A DNA stretch of 64,000 nucleotides, from assembly GCA_004431415.1 (NCBI GenBank), contig QPMI01000079.1:82151-146150 (forward strand). Reading direction: 5' to 3'. Made by a program: the position numbers and the translations under genes. Every line of letters starts with the position of its first letter. The stretch's first letter is position 1. The notes under the pieces are model-generated. The model did no database searches. It worked only from the letters and a program-made list of their open reading frames with translations, and had not been told where the DNA came from. Source of the stretch: Cyanophora paradoxa CCMP329. Its lineage: Eukaryota > Plantae > Glaucophyta. Below, piece by piece: positions 45,380 to 57,900 of the stretch.

Positions 45380-46445
45380 CCCCGCGCCCCCCGCCCGTCC
45401 GCCGCGCGCCCCGCCGCAGGAGCCCGCACCGGGTCGCCCTCGAGCGCCTCGGACGCGAGGGGACGAGGCCGCGACGCCGCCGACGCCTTCCGCCGCCGCC
45501 GAGCCCGCCCGTGCAGCCCCGCCCGCGCCCGCCGCGCGCCCGCCGCGCGCCCCGCCGCAGGAGTCCGCGCCGGGCCACCCCGAGCGCCTCGGACGCGAGG
45601 GACGAGGCCGCGACGCCGCCGACGCCTTCCGCCGCCGCCGAGCCCGCCCGTGCAGCCCCGCCCGCGCCCGCCGCGCGCCCGCCGCGCGCCCCGCCGCAGG
45701 AGTCCGCGCCGGGCCACCCCCGAGCGCCTCGGACGCGAGGGGACGAGGCCGCGACGCCGCCGACGCCTTCCGCCGCCGCCGAGCCCGCCCGTGCAGCCCC
45801 GCCCGCGCCCGCCGCGCGCCCGCCGCTCGCCCCGCCGCAGGAGTCCGCGCCGGGCCACCCCCGAGCGCCTCGGACGCGAGGGGACGAGGCCGCGACGCCG
45901 CCGACGCCTTCCGCCGCCGCCGAGCCCGCCCGTGCAGCCCCGCCCGCGCCCGCCGCGCGCCCGCCGCGCGCCCCGCCGCAGAAGTCCGCGCCGGGCCACC
46001 CCGAGCGCCTCGGACGCGAGGGGACGAGGCCGCGACGCCGCCGACGCCTTCCGCCGCCGCCGAGCCCGCCCGTGCAGCCCCGCCCGCGCCCGCCGCGCGC
46101 CCGCCGCGCGCCCCGCCACAGGAGTCCGCGCCGGGCCACCCCGAGCGCCTCGGACGCGAGGGACGAGGCCGCGACGCCGCCGACGCCTTCCGCCGCCGCC
46201 GAGCCCGCCCGTGCAGCCCCGCCCGCGCTCGCCGCGCGCCCGCCGCGCGCCCCGCCACAGGAGTCCGCGCCGGGCCACCCCGAGCGCCGCGGACGCGAGG
46301 GGACGAGGTCGCAACGCCGCCGACGCCTTTTCCGCCGCCGCCGAGCCCGCCCGTGCAGCTCCGCCCGCGCCCGCCGCGCGCCCGCCGCGCGCCCCGCCGC
46401 AGGAGGCCGCGCGGCGCCGCCGCCGGGCGCCCCGGACGCGAGGGG
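45380..46445. repeat. GC-rich minisatellite, 139-141-bp unit, ~7.5 copies
   Basis: cgagcgcc(t/g)cggacgcgag recurs at 45441, 45581, 45721, 45862, 46002, 46142 and 46281. Confidence 0.92.
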
Positions 46446-48519
46446 GCGAGGCCAGGATGCGGCCGACGCCGCAGCTTAGTCTCAGAGGCCCGCGAGCGCT
46501 CTATTAAGCCTATATTTTGTTTCAAAAGCATGTAAATGACTTATATTCTGTGCCCTGAGCGCTGCATGCAACTGGGCGCGCGAGGATCAATCAGGAGGCA
46601 TCTGGGGCCCCAATTTCCAGTAGTTCTTGAATACCGACCCAGGCTTTGATCGGCGGCCTTCGGTACCGCCACCATCGTCTTCAGCACCTTCGAAAACCCC
46701 CGGGGACGTGAAATCGCCACTTGTGAGTGAGTTGATGCTTCAATAAGGCATCATGAGCACGTCGGGGTGGCATTTTGAAACTTGAAAACTGAAAAGTTCC
46801 AGAGAGGGTCCTACGAGCAAAGTTCAAAACACCGGTCGGGCCCAAAAACACTTCGGATCACCCTGTATCTTGGTGCAGTGATAAAACTGCATGTGATAAT
46901 GATTCTGGCTCGAAGAGCGGCCAGCTGAGGCCAGCCAGTCGCCCAGGAACTCACTGGCTCACTGGAACTCATGAGCGATCTCTGCTGGGGAAGCGCGCGC
47001 CGGGGCTGCGCTGCACCCGCGTAAGCTCTATTCATGCGCTCACCGAATCGCGCTATGGCGGCCCTGCGAGCCCTCGCGGTGCTAAGCCTTTGAAGCGAGA
47101 TCAAATTGCCCAGGTGCATACACGGCAGGAGCAGGCGACGATCGAGGCGGGCGCGCGCCAGAGCCATGGTGCATCCACGCAAGCTCTATCAAAGCTAACA
47201 TCGATTCGCGCTCCCGGCGGCCCGTCGCGCCCTCGCAGTTCGCAGCGGAATCGATTCGCCCAGGTGCCCCCGCTGGAGGAGGTGCCGCTGGCGGCGGGGG
47301 TGCATGCCGCTGCCCTCACGCGCGCTCTGCGCGAGCTCTAGATGTGTCTCGTGGCCCTGAACATCTCAACCCGCACCGCCCCGCCGTCGCAGCCATGCCA
47401 TCTGGAACCGCATGACATGCTTGATTGCACAAGAGAGCGCATCTGCCTGGGGCGCGGCGGGCCACGAAGCGGGGGCTTGGCGGGACGTTAGCGATGCAAG
47501 CAAGCGATGCGCGACCTCGGAGGCGGCGAAAGATGCCATGGCGACTCGAGGCCTGCGAGAGGCGGGGCTGGATCCAGTTAGGCCGGGGCGCGCGAGCGCG
47601 GCGGCGAGGGGCTTCGACACGCACCGATCCGAGACGTTCATGTTATACATGAGCCCTGCGCATGGCCGCTGCGCTCCTCCGCTGCGGCGTGGCTGCGCTC
47701 GGATCAAGTCTCGCGAGAAGGACCTGCGCGTGCGGCTTAGAGTGCACGAATAGACCCTACACGTTAGCTATGAGCACCTCTGCATGCCAGCGGGCCCGTT
47801 CGCTGCCGCCGTCCGCTGCTGCAGGTTCCACGGGAGAGCCTTCGGGGCGCCCGCCTGGGAACACATCCTCTGAGCCCCGCCGTTTTTTGAGCTTAATCGA
47901 AGTTTCAGAGTGCTCTGCACGTATACGCGAAGATTCAGGCGGGGCTCAGAGGTGGTTTTCACGCACCAGCGACCGCTAACAAACTGGATCTCGACAACGA
48001 GAACCTTAAGGCCCCCCGTTCTTAGGCTATAACGAAGCGCTATGATGCATGATACACGTACGCGACTTAAGAAGGGCCGCTTAAGGTTCTACTTTTCACG
48101 CACCGAGGACCTGAAGTTCGGCGCTCCGTGCTCCGGGCACCGGAGCTCGCTGCCGGAAGCCCCACGTACTCTTGTACGCCTTAGTGACCTTCCGAGCTTG
48201 CTGGCTGATGCCGCCCGGCCGCCGTTGGCTGCGCCGGGCTGTCGCTCCTTCCTCGGGTACGGCCGGATTTGGGTCCCACCTCGGGGCGGGCTAGTTGCAA
48301 CGAAAAGAATATTCGATTTCCTTGTTTCAATTAACACAGGCCCCTCACGAGGGACAGATCCGGGCCCCGGATTCCGGGGCAGACCTGTTGAAAGAAATTC
48401 GAGTTGGATAACTGCCACAACCTTCCAGCTACCGGTAGTGCAGCCTCTCACTAGCATATATAGCCTAGGTCTGCGCAAGCAGCAACCTACTAGGCTAATG
48501 CTCCGGCTCGCCTGCCTAG

Positions 48520-48761
48520 CGTAGTGATATTTGTTTTTGAGAGACTACGGAAGGGCGAACCCCAAAGTTGGGCCCAAACGTAGTGATATTGATCATGACT
48601 TATTCTTTTCGTTCTTCTCGATCTGATCGTGTCCCTTCTCGTGATCCCTCTTGATTCTGTATTTTGTGCTACTTTACTGTATCTTTGATTTGTGATTGCT
48701 TTGTTGTCCTTAATATCACTACCTACGGGGGGTTCGCCCCACCGTAGTCTCTCAAAAAAAA
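48520..48761. mobile_element. Two oppositely oriented copies of a GGGGTTCGCCC..CCGTAGTCTCTC-poly(A) terminus (retroposon-like 3' ends, or an inverted-repeat element)
   Basis: The minus copy (48532-48578) is flanked by the direct repeat cgtagtgatatt (48520-31, 48579-90). The plus copy has the hairpin ctacgg-gggg-ttcg-cccc-a-ccgtag (48723-47) followed by tctctc and A8. Confidence 0.6.
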
Positions 48762-48962
48762 GGAGCTTTGAGAATTATCTGAAATTCCACACTGTGCGCA
48801 CTGCGGCATGCGGCGGTGCACGGCATGTACAGTACATGTGCGCAGTGCGCACTGCGGCAACAGCGCCGCAAGTTAGGCCCGCATGCGCAAGTTGCCGCAA
48901 ATAGTCTTTTTTGAACTAGACTCTGAGATGCATTGAAATTCGAAAGTTGCAATCATGAATTT

Positions 48963-51900
48963 GTCTGGTCGATTTGGCTGGATAAAATAATGGGAAGCGA
49001 TTGGCGAGAAACTGAAGCGTTTAATACTAGCTAGTATGCATCTTGATGCTAGAATAAGGCTCAGTTTCGTGCGGATCCGGTACGAAATTTTCCTAGATGT
49101 ATGGCCATACAAAGGCGACGAGGAAAAGGCCAGTTTCGCGGCGAGCTAGCCGAGCTAGCAGCGCGCCCGGCCGGCGTCTTATTGCTCCAGCGTTCGAGTC
49201 CCGGGAAGGGCAGTTGGGGGAGCGGGGGGGCCTGGGCGGGCCTTGAGCTGCCTTGCGCTGTCGAGGGCTGAAGAGGGGCCGGGGCGCAGCGACCCCCGAG
49301 GCCAACTTCTGCACGGCGAGACATTGGCGCGAAACCAAAAATTTCCCTGCTCTAGATTGCTCTAAACTGCACTTCTGACGTGCTCAGTTTCGCGCCAATC
49401 GTTCGCTGTGCTCCGCTAGAATTTCGGCTGGACATGTATGGCGTCTGGTCGATTTGGCTGGATAAAATAATGGGAAGCGATTGGCGAGAAACTGAAGCGT
49501 TTAATACTAGCTAGTATGCATCTTGATGCTAGAATAAGGCTCAGTTTCGTGCGGATCCGGTACGAAATTTTCCTAGATGTATGGCCATACAAAGGCGACG
49601 AGGAAAAGGCCAGTTTCGCGGCGAGCTAGCCGAGCTAGCAGCGCGCCCGGCCGGCGTCTTATTGCTCCAGCGTTCGAGTCCCGGGAAGGGCAGTTGGGGG
49701 AGCGGGGGGCCTGGGCGGGCCTTGAGCTGCCTTGCGCTGTCGAGGGCTGAAGAGGGGGCCGGGGCGCAGCGACCCCGAGGCCAACTTCTGCACGGCGAGA
49801 CATTGGCGCGAAACCAAAAATTTCCCTGCTCTAGATTGCTCTAAACTGCACTTCTGACGTGCTCAGTTTCGCGCCAATCGTTCGCTGTGCTCCGCTAGAA
49901 TTTCGGCTGGACATGTATGGCGTCTGGTCGATTTGGCTGGATAAAATAATGGGAAGCGATTGGCGAGAAACTGAAGCGTTTAATACTAGCTAGTATGCAT
50001 CTTGATGCTAGAATAAGGCTCAGTTTCGTGCGGATCCGGTACGAAATTTTCCTAGATGTATGGCCATACAAAGGCGACGAGGAAAAGGCCAGTTTCGCGG
50101 CGAGCTAGCCGAGCTAGCAGCGCGCCCGGCCGGCGTCTTATTGCTCCAGCGTTCGAGTCCCGGAAGGGCAGTTGGGGGAGCGGGGGGCCTGGCGGGCCTT
50201 GAGCTGCCTTGCGCTGTCGAGGGCTGAAGAGGGGCCGGGGCGCAGCGACCCCGAGGCCAACTTCTGCACGGCGAGACATTGGCGCGAAACCAAAATTTCC
50301 CTGCTCTAGATTGCTCTAAACTGCACTTCTGACGTGCTCAGTTTCGCGCCAATCGTTCGCTGTGCTCCGCTAGAATTTCGGCTGGACATGTATGGCGTCT
50401 GGTCGATTTGGCTGGATAAAATAATGGGAAGCGATTGGCGAGAAACTGAAGCGTTTAATACTAGCTAGTATGCATCTTGATGCTAGAATAAGGCTCAGTT
50501 TCGTGCGGATCCGGTACGAAATTTTCCTAGATGTATGGCCATACAAAGGCGACGAGGAAAAGGCCAGTTTCGCGGCGAGCTAGCCGAGCTAGCAGCGCGC
50601 CCGGCCGGCGTCTTATTGCTCCAGCGTTCGAGTCCCGGGAAGGGCAGTTGGGGGGAGCGGGGGGCCTGGCGGGCCTTGAGCTGCCTTGCGCTGTCGAGGG
50701 CTGAAGAGGGGGCCGGGGCGCAGCGACCCCGAGGCCAACTTCTGCACGGCGAGACATTGGCGCGAAACCAAAAATTTCCCTGCTCTAGATTGCTCTAAAC
50801 TGCACTTCTGACGTGCTCAGTTTCGCGCCAATCGTTCGCTGTGCTCCGCTAGAATTTCGGCTGGACATGTATGGCGTCTGGTCGATTTGGCTGGATAAAA
50901 TAATGGGAAGCGATTGGCGAGAAACTGAAGCGTTTAATACTAGCTAGTATGCATCTTGATGCTAGAATAAGGCTCAGTTTCGTGCGGATCCGGTACGAAA
51001 TTTTCCTAGATGTATGGCCATACAAAGGCGACGAGGAAAAGGCCAGTTTCGCGGCGAGCTAGCCGAGCTAGCAGCGCGCCCGGCCGGCGTCTTATTGCTC
51101 CAGCGTTCGAGTCCCGGAAGGCAGTTGGGGGAGCGGGGGCCTGGGCGGGCCTTGAGCTGCCTTGCGCTGTCGAGGGCTGAAGAGGGGGCCGGGGCGCAGC
51201 GACCCCGAGGCCAACTTCTGCACGGCGAGACATTGGCGCGAAACCAAAAATTTCCCTGCTCTAGATTGCTCTAAACTGCACTTCTGACGTGCTCAGTTTC
51301 GCGCCAATCGTTCGCTGTGCTCCGCTAGAATTTCGGCTGGACATGTATGGCGTCTGGTCGATTTGGCTGGATAAAATAATGGGAAGCGATTGGCGAGAAA
51401 CTGAAGCGTTTAATACTAGCTAGTATGCATCTTGATGCTAGAATAAGGCTCAGTTTCGTGCGGATCCGGTACGAAATTTTCCTAGATGTATGGCCATACA
51501 AAGGCGACGAGGAAAAGGCCAGTTTCGCGGCGAGCTAGCCGAGCTAGCAGCGCGCCCGGCCGGCGTCTTATTGCTCCAGCGTTCGAGTCCCGGGAAGGGC
51601 AGTTGGGGGAGCGGGGGGCCTGGGCGGGCCTTGAGCTGCCTTGCGCTGTCGAGGGCTGAAGAGGGGCCGGGGCGCAGCGACCCCGAGGCCAACTTCTGCA
51701 CGGCGAGACATTGGCGCGAAACCAAAAATTTCCCTGCTCTAGATTGCTCTAAACTGCACTTCTGACGTGCTCAGTTTCGCGCCAATCGTTCGCTGTGCTC
51801 CGCTAGAATTTCGGCTGGACATGTATGGCGTCTGGTCGATTTGGCTGGATAAAATAATGGGAAGCGATTGGCGAGAAACTGAAGCGTTTAATACTAGCTA

Positions 51901-54900
51901 GTATGCATCTTGATGCTAGAATAAGGCTCAGTTTCGTGCGATCCGGTACGAAATTTTCCTAGATGTATGGCCATACAAAGGCGACGAGGAAAAGGCCAGT
52001 TTCGCGGCGAGCTAGCCGAGCTAGCAGCGCGCCCGGCCGGCGTCTTATTGCTCCAGCGTTCGAGTCCCGGAAGGGCAGTTGGGGGAGCGGGGGGCCTGGG
52101 CGGGCCTTGAGCTGCCTTGCGCTGTCGAGGGCTGAAGAGGGGCCGGGCGCAGCGACCCCCGAGGCCAACTTCTGCACGGCGAGACATTGGCGCGAAACCA
52201 AAAATTTCCCTGCTCTAGATTGCTCTAAACTGCACTTCTGACGTGCTCAGTTTCGCGCCAATCGTTCGCTGTGCTCCGCTAGAATTTCGGCTGGACATGT
52301 ATGGCGTCTGGTCGATTTGGCTGGATAAAATAATGGGAAGCGATTGGCGAGAAACTGAAGCGTTTAATACTAGCTAGTATGCATCTTGATGCTAGAATAA
52401 GGCTCAGTTTCGTGCGGATCCGGTACGAAATTTTCCTAGATGTATGGCCATACAAAGGCGACGAGGAAAAGGCCAGTTTCGCGGCGAGCTAGCCGAGCTA
52501 GCAGCGCGCCCGGCCGGCGTCTTATTGCTCCAGCGTTCGAGTCCCGGGAAGGGCAGTTGGGGGGAGCGGGGGGCCTGGGCGGGCCTTGAGCTGCCTTGCG
52601 CTGTCGAGGGCTGAAGAGGGGGCCGGGGCGCAGCGACCCCCGAGGCCAACTTCTGCACGGCGAGACATTGGCGCGAAACCAAAAATTTCCCTGCTCTAGA
52701 TTGCTCTAAACTGCACTTCTGACGTGCTCAGTTTCGCGCCAATCGTTCGCTGTGCTCCGCTAGAATTTCGGCTGGACATGTATGGCGTCTGGTCGATTTG
52801 GCTGGATAAAATAATGGGAAGCGATTGGCGAGAAACTGAAGCGTTTAATACTAGCTAGTATGCATCTTGATGCTAGAATAAGGCTCAGTTTCGTGCGGAT
52901 CCGGTACGAAATTTTCCTAGATGTATGGCCATACAAAGGCGACGAGGAAAAGGCCAGTTTCGCGGCGAGCTAGCCGAGCTAGCAGCGCGCCCGGCCGGCG
53001 TCTTATTGCTCCAGCGTTCGAGTCCCGGGAAGGGCAGTTGGGGGAGCGGGGGGCCTGGGCGGGCCTTGAGCTGCCTTGCGCTGTCGAGGGCTGAAGAGGG
53101 GGCCGGGCGCAGCGACCCCCGAGGCCAACTTCTGCACGGCGAGACATTGGCGCGAAACCAAAAATTTCCCTGCTCTAGATTGCTCTAAACTGCACTTCTG
53201 ACGTGCTCAGTTTCGCGCCAATCGTTCGCTGTGCTCCGCTAGAATTTCGGCTGGACATGTATGGCGTCTGGTCGATTTGGCTGGATAAAATAATGGGAAG
53301 CGATTGGCGAGAAACTGAAGCGTTTAATACTAGCTAGTATGCATCTTGATGCTAGAATAAGGCTCAGTTTCGTGCGGATCCGGTACGAAATTTTCCTAGA
53401 TGTATGGCCATACAAAGGCGACGAGGAAAAGGCCAGTTTCGCGGCGAGCTAGCCGAGCTAGCAGCGCGCCCGGCCGGCGTCTTATTGCTCCAGCGTTCGA
53501 GTCCCGGGAAGGGCAGTTGGGGGAGCGGGGGGCCTGGGCGGGCCTTGAGCTGCCTTGCGCTGTCGAGGGCTGAAGAGGGGGCCGGGGCGCAGCGACCCCG
53601 AGGCCAACTTCTGCACGGCGAGACATTGGCGCGAAACCAAAAATTTCCCTGCTCTAGATTGCTCTAAACTGCACTTCTGACGTGCTCAGTTTCGCGCCAA
53701 TCGTTCGCTGTGCTCCGCTAGAATTTCGGCTGGACATGTATGGCGTCTGGTCGATTTGGCTGGATAAAATAATGGGAAGCGATTGGCGAGAAACTGAAGC
53801 GTTTAATACTAGCTAGTATGCATCTTGATGCTAGAATAAGGCTCAGTTTCGTGCGGATCCGGTACGAAATTTTCCTAGATGTATGGCCATACAAAGGCGA
53901 CGAGGAAAAGGCCAGTTTCGCGGCGAGCTAGCCGAGCTAGCAGCGCGCCCGGCCGGCGTCTTATTGCTCCAGCGTTCGAGTCCCGGGAAGGCAGTTGGGG
54001 GGAGCGGGGGGCCTGGGCGGGCCTTGAGCTGCCTTGCGCTGTCGAGGGCTGAAGAGGGGCCGGGGCGCAGCGACCCCCGAGGCCAACTTCTGCACGGCGA
54101 GACATTGGCGCGAAACCAAAAATTTCCCTGCTCTAGATTGCTCTAAACTGCACTTCTGACGTGCTCAGTTTCGCGCCAATCGTTCGCTGTGCTCCGCTAG
54201 AATTTCGGCTGGACATGTATGGCGTCTGGTCGATTTGGCTGGATAAAATAATGGGAAGCGATTGGCGAGAAACTGAAGCGTTTAATACTAGCTAGTATGC
54301 ATCTTGATGCTAGAATAAGGCTCAGTTTCGTGCGGATCCGGTACGAAATTTTCCTAGATGTATGGCCATACAAAGGCGACGAGGAAAAGGCCAGTTTCGC
54401 GGCGAGCTAGCCGAGCTAGCAGCGCGCCCGGCCGGCGTCTTATTGCTCCAGCGTTCGAGTCCCGGGAAGGGCAGTTGGGGGGAGCGGGGGGCCTGGGCGG
54501 GCCTTGAGCTGCCTTGCGCTGTCGAGGGCTGAAGAGGGGGCCGGGGCGCAGCGACCCCCGAGGCCAACTTCTGCACGGCGAGACATTGGCGCGAAACCAA
54601 AAATTTCCCTGCTCTAGATTGCTCTAAACTGCACTTCTGACGTGCTCAGTTTCGCGCCAATCGTTCGCTGTGCTCCGCTAGAATTTCGGCTGGACATGTA
54701 TGGCGTCTGGTCGATTTGGCTGGATAAAATAATGGGAAGCGATTGGCGAGAAACTGAAGCGTTTAATACTAGCTAGTATGCATCTTGATGCTAGAATAAG
54801 GCTCAGTTTCGTGCGGATCCGGTACGAAATTTTCCTAGATGTATGGCCATACAAAGGCGACGAGGAAAAGGCCAGTTTCGCGGCGAGCTAGCCGAGCTAG

Positions 54901-57900
54901 CAGCGCGCCCGGCCGGCGTCTTATTGCTCCAGCGTTCGAGTCCCGGGAAGGGCAGTTGGGGGAGCGGGGGGCCTGGGCGGGCCTTGAGCTGCCTTGCGCT
55001 GTCGAGGGCTGAAGAGGGGGCCGGGGCGCAGCGACCCCCGAGGCCAACTTCTGCACGGCGAGACATTGGCGCGAAACCAAAAATTTCCCTGCTCTAGATT
55101 GCTCTAAACTGCACTTCTGACGTGCTCAGTTTCGCGCCAATCGTTCGCTGTGCTCCGCTAGAATTTCGGCTGGACATGTATGGCGTCTGGTCGATTTGGC
55201 TGGATAAAATAATGGGAAGCGATTGGCGAGAAACTGAAGCGTTTAATACTAGCTAGTATGCATCTTGATGCTAGAATAAGGCTCAGTTTCGTGCGGATCC
55301 GGTACGAAATTTTCCTAGATGTATGGCCATACAAAGGCGACGAGGAAAAGGCCAGTTTCGCGGCGAGCTAGCCGAGCTAGCAGCGCGCCCGGCCGGCGTC
55401 TTATTGCTCCAGCGTTCGAGTCCCGGGAAGGGCAGTTGGGGGGAGCGGGGGGCCTGGGCGGGCCTTGAGCTGCCTTGCGCTGTCGAGGGCTGAAGAGGGG
55501 GCCGGGGCGCAGCGACCCCCGAGGCCAACTTCTGCACGGCGAGACATTGGCGCGAAACCAAAAATTTCCCTGCTCTAGATTGCTCTAAACTGCACTTCTG
55601 ACGTGCTCAGTTTCGCGCCAATCGTTCGCTGTGCTCCGCTAGAATTTCGGCTGGACATGTATGGCGTCTGGTCGATTTGGCTGGATAAAATAATGGGAAG
55701 CGATTGGCGAGAAACTGAAGCGTTTAATACTAGCTAGTATGCATCTTGATGCTAGAATAAGGCTCAGTTTCGTGCGGATCCGGTACGAAATTTTCCTAGA
55801 TGTATGGCCATACAAAGGCGACGAGGAAAAGGCCAGTTTCGCGGCGAGCTAGCCGAGCTAGCAGCGCGCCCGGCCGGCGTCTTATTGCTCCAGCGTTCGA
55901 GTCCCGGGAAGGGCAGTTGGGGGGAGCGGGGGGGCCTGGGCGGGCCTTGAGCTGCCTTGCGCTGTCGAGGGCTGAAGAGGGGGCCGGGGCGCAGCGACCC
56001 CCGAGGCCAACTTCTGCACGGCGAGACATTGGCGCGAAACCAAAAATTTCCCTGCTCTAGATTGCTCTAAACTGCACTTCTGACGTGCTCAGTTTCGCGC
56101 CAATCGTTCGCTGTGCTCCGCTAGAATTTCGGCTGGACATGTATGGCGTCTGGTCGATTTGGCTGGATAAAATAATGGGAAGCGATTGGCGAGAAACTGA
56201 AGCGTTTAATACTAGCTAGTATGCATCTTGATGCTAGAATAAGGCTCAGTTTCGTGCGGATCCGGTACGAAATTTTCCTAGATGTATGGCCATACAAAGG
56301 CGACGAGGAAAAGGCCAGTTTCGCGGCGAGCTAGCCGAGCTAGCAGCGCGCCCGGCCGGCGTCTTATTGCTCCAGCGTTCGAGTCCCGGGAAGGGCAGTT
56401 GGGGGAGCGGGGGGCCTGGGCGGGCCTTGAGCTGCCTTGCGCTGTCGAGGGCTGAAGAGGGGGCCGGGGCGCAGCGACCCCCGAGGCCAACTTCTGCACG
56501 GCGAGACATTGGCGCGAAACCAAAAATTTCCCTGCTCTAGATTGCTCTAAACTGCACTTCTGACGTGCTCAGTTTCGCGCCAATCGTTCGCTGTGCTCCG
56601 CTAGAATTTCGGCTGGACATGTATGGCGTCTGGTCGATTTGGCTGGATAAAATAATGGGAAGCGATTGGCGAGAAACTGAAGCGTTTAATACTAGCTAGT
56701 ATGCATCTTGATGCTAGAATAAGGCTCAGTTTCGTGCGGATCCGGTACGAAATTTTCCTAGATGTATGGCCATACAAAGGCGACGAGGAAAAGGCCAGTT
56801 TCGCGGCGAGCTAGCCGAGCTAGCAGCGCGCCCGGCCGGCGTCTTATTGCTCCAGCGTTCGAGTCCCGGGAAGGGCAGTTGGGGGAGCGGGGGGCCTGGG
56901 CGGGCCTTGAGCTGCCTTGCGCTGTCGAGGGCTGAAGAGGGGCCGGGGCGCAGCGACCCCCGAGGCCAACTTCTGCACGGCGAGACATTGGCGCGAAACC
57001 AAAAATTTCCCTGCTCTAGATTGCTCTAAACTGCACTTCTGACGTGCTCAGTTTCGCGCCAATCGTTCGCTGTGCTCCGCTAGAATTTCGGCTGGACATG
57101 TATGGCGTCTGGTCGATTTGGCTGGATAAAATAATGGGAAGCGATTGGCGAGAAACTGAAGCGTTTAATACTAGCTAGTATGCATCTTGATGCTAGAATA
57201 AGGCTCAGTTTCGTGCGGATCCGGTACGAAATTTTCCTAGATGTATGGCCATACAAAGGCGACGAGGAAAAGGCCAGTTTCGCGGCGAGCTAGCCGAGCT
57301 AGCAGCGCGCCCGGCCGGCGTCTTATTGCTCCAGCGTTCGAGTCCCGGGAAGGGCAGTTGGGGGAGCGGGGGGCCTGGGCGGGCCTTGAGCTGCCTTGCG
57401 CTGTCGAGGGCTGAAGAGGGGGCCGGGGCGCAGCGACCCCCGAGGCCAACTTCTGCACGGCGAGACATTGGCGCGAAACCAAAAATTTCCCTGCTCTAGA
57501 TTGCTCTAAACTGCACTTCTGACGTGCTCAGTTTCGCGCCAATCGTTCGCTGTGCTCCGCTAGAATTTCGGCTGGACATGTATGGCGTCTGGTCGATTTG
57601 GCTGGATAAAATAATGGGAAGCGATTGGCGAGAAACTGAAGCGTTTAATACTAGCTAGTATGCATCTTGATGCTAGAATAAGGCTCAGTTTCGTGCGGAT
57701 CCGGTACGAAATTTTCCTAGATGTATGGCCATACAAAGGCGACGAGGAAAAGGCCAGTTTCGCGGCGAGCTAGCCGAGCTAGCAGCGCGCCCGGCCGGCG
57801 TCTTATTGCTCCAGCGTTCGAGTCCCGGGAAGGGCAGTTGGGGGAGCGGGGGGCCTGGGCGGGCCTTGAGCTGCCTTGCGCTGTCGAGGGCTGAAGAGGG

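Noticed and set aside
46900-48480. Possible gene in short ORFs (47090, 47412, 48042)
   Set aside because: No recognisable motif and no consistent splice chain.
49140-49215. Functional tRNA gene in each unit
   Set aside because: Acceptor stem (ggcgagc vs gaagggc) and T-stem do not pair; no cloverleaf.
49097-49215. 5S rRNA repeat (atgtatggccatac resembles a 5S 5' end)
   Set aside because: Similarity stops after ~14 nt, which is a simple palindrome. No 5S internal control region or 3' complementary strand is present.
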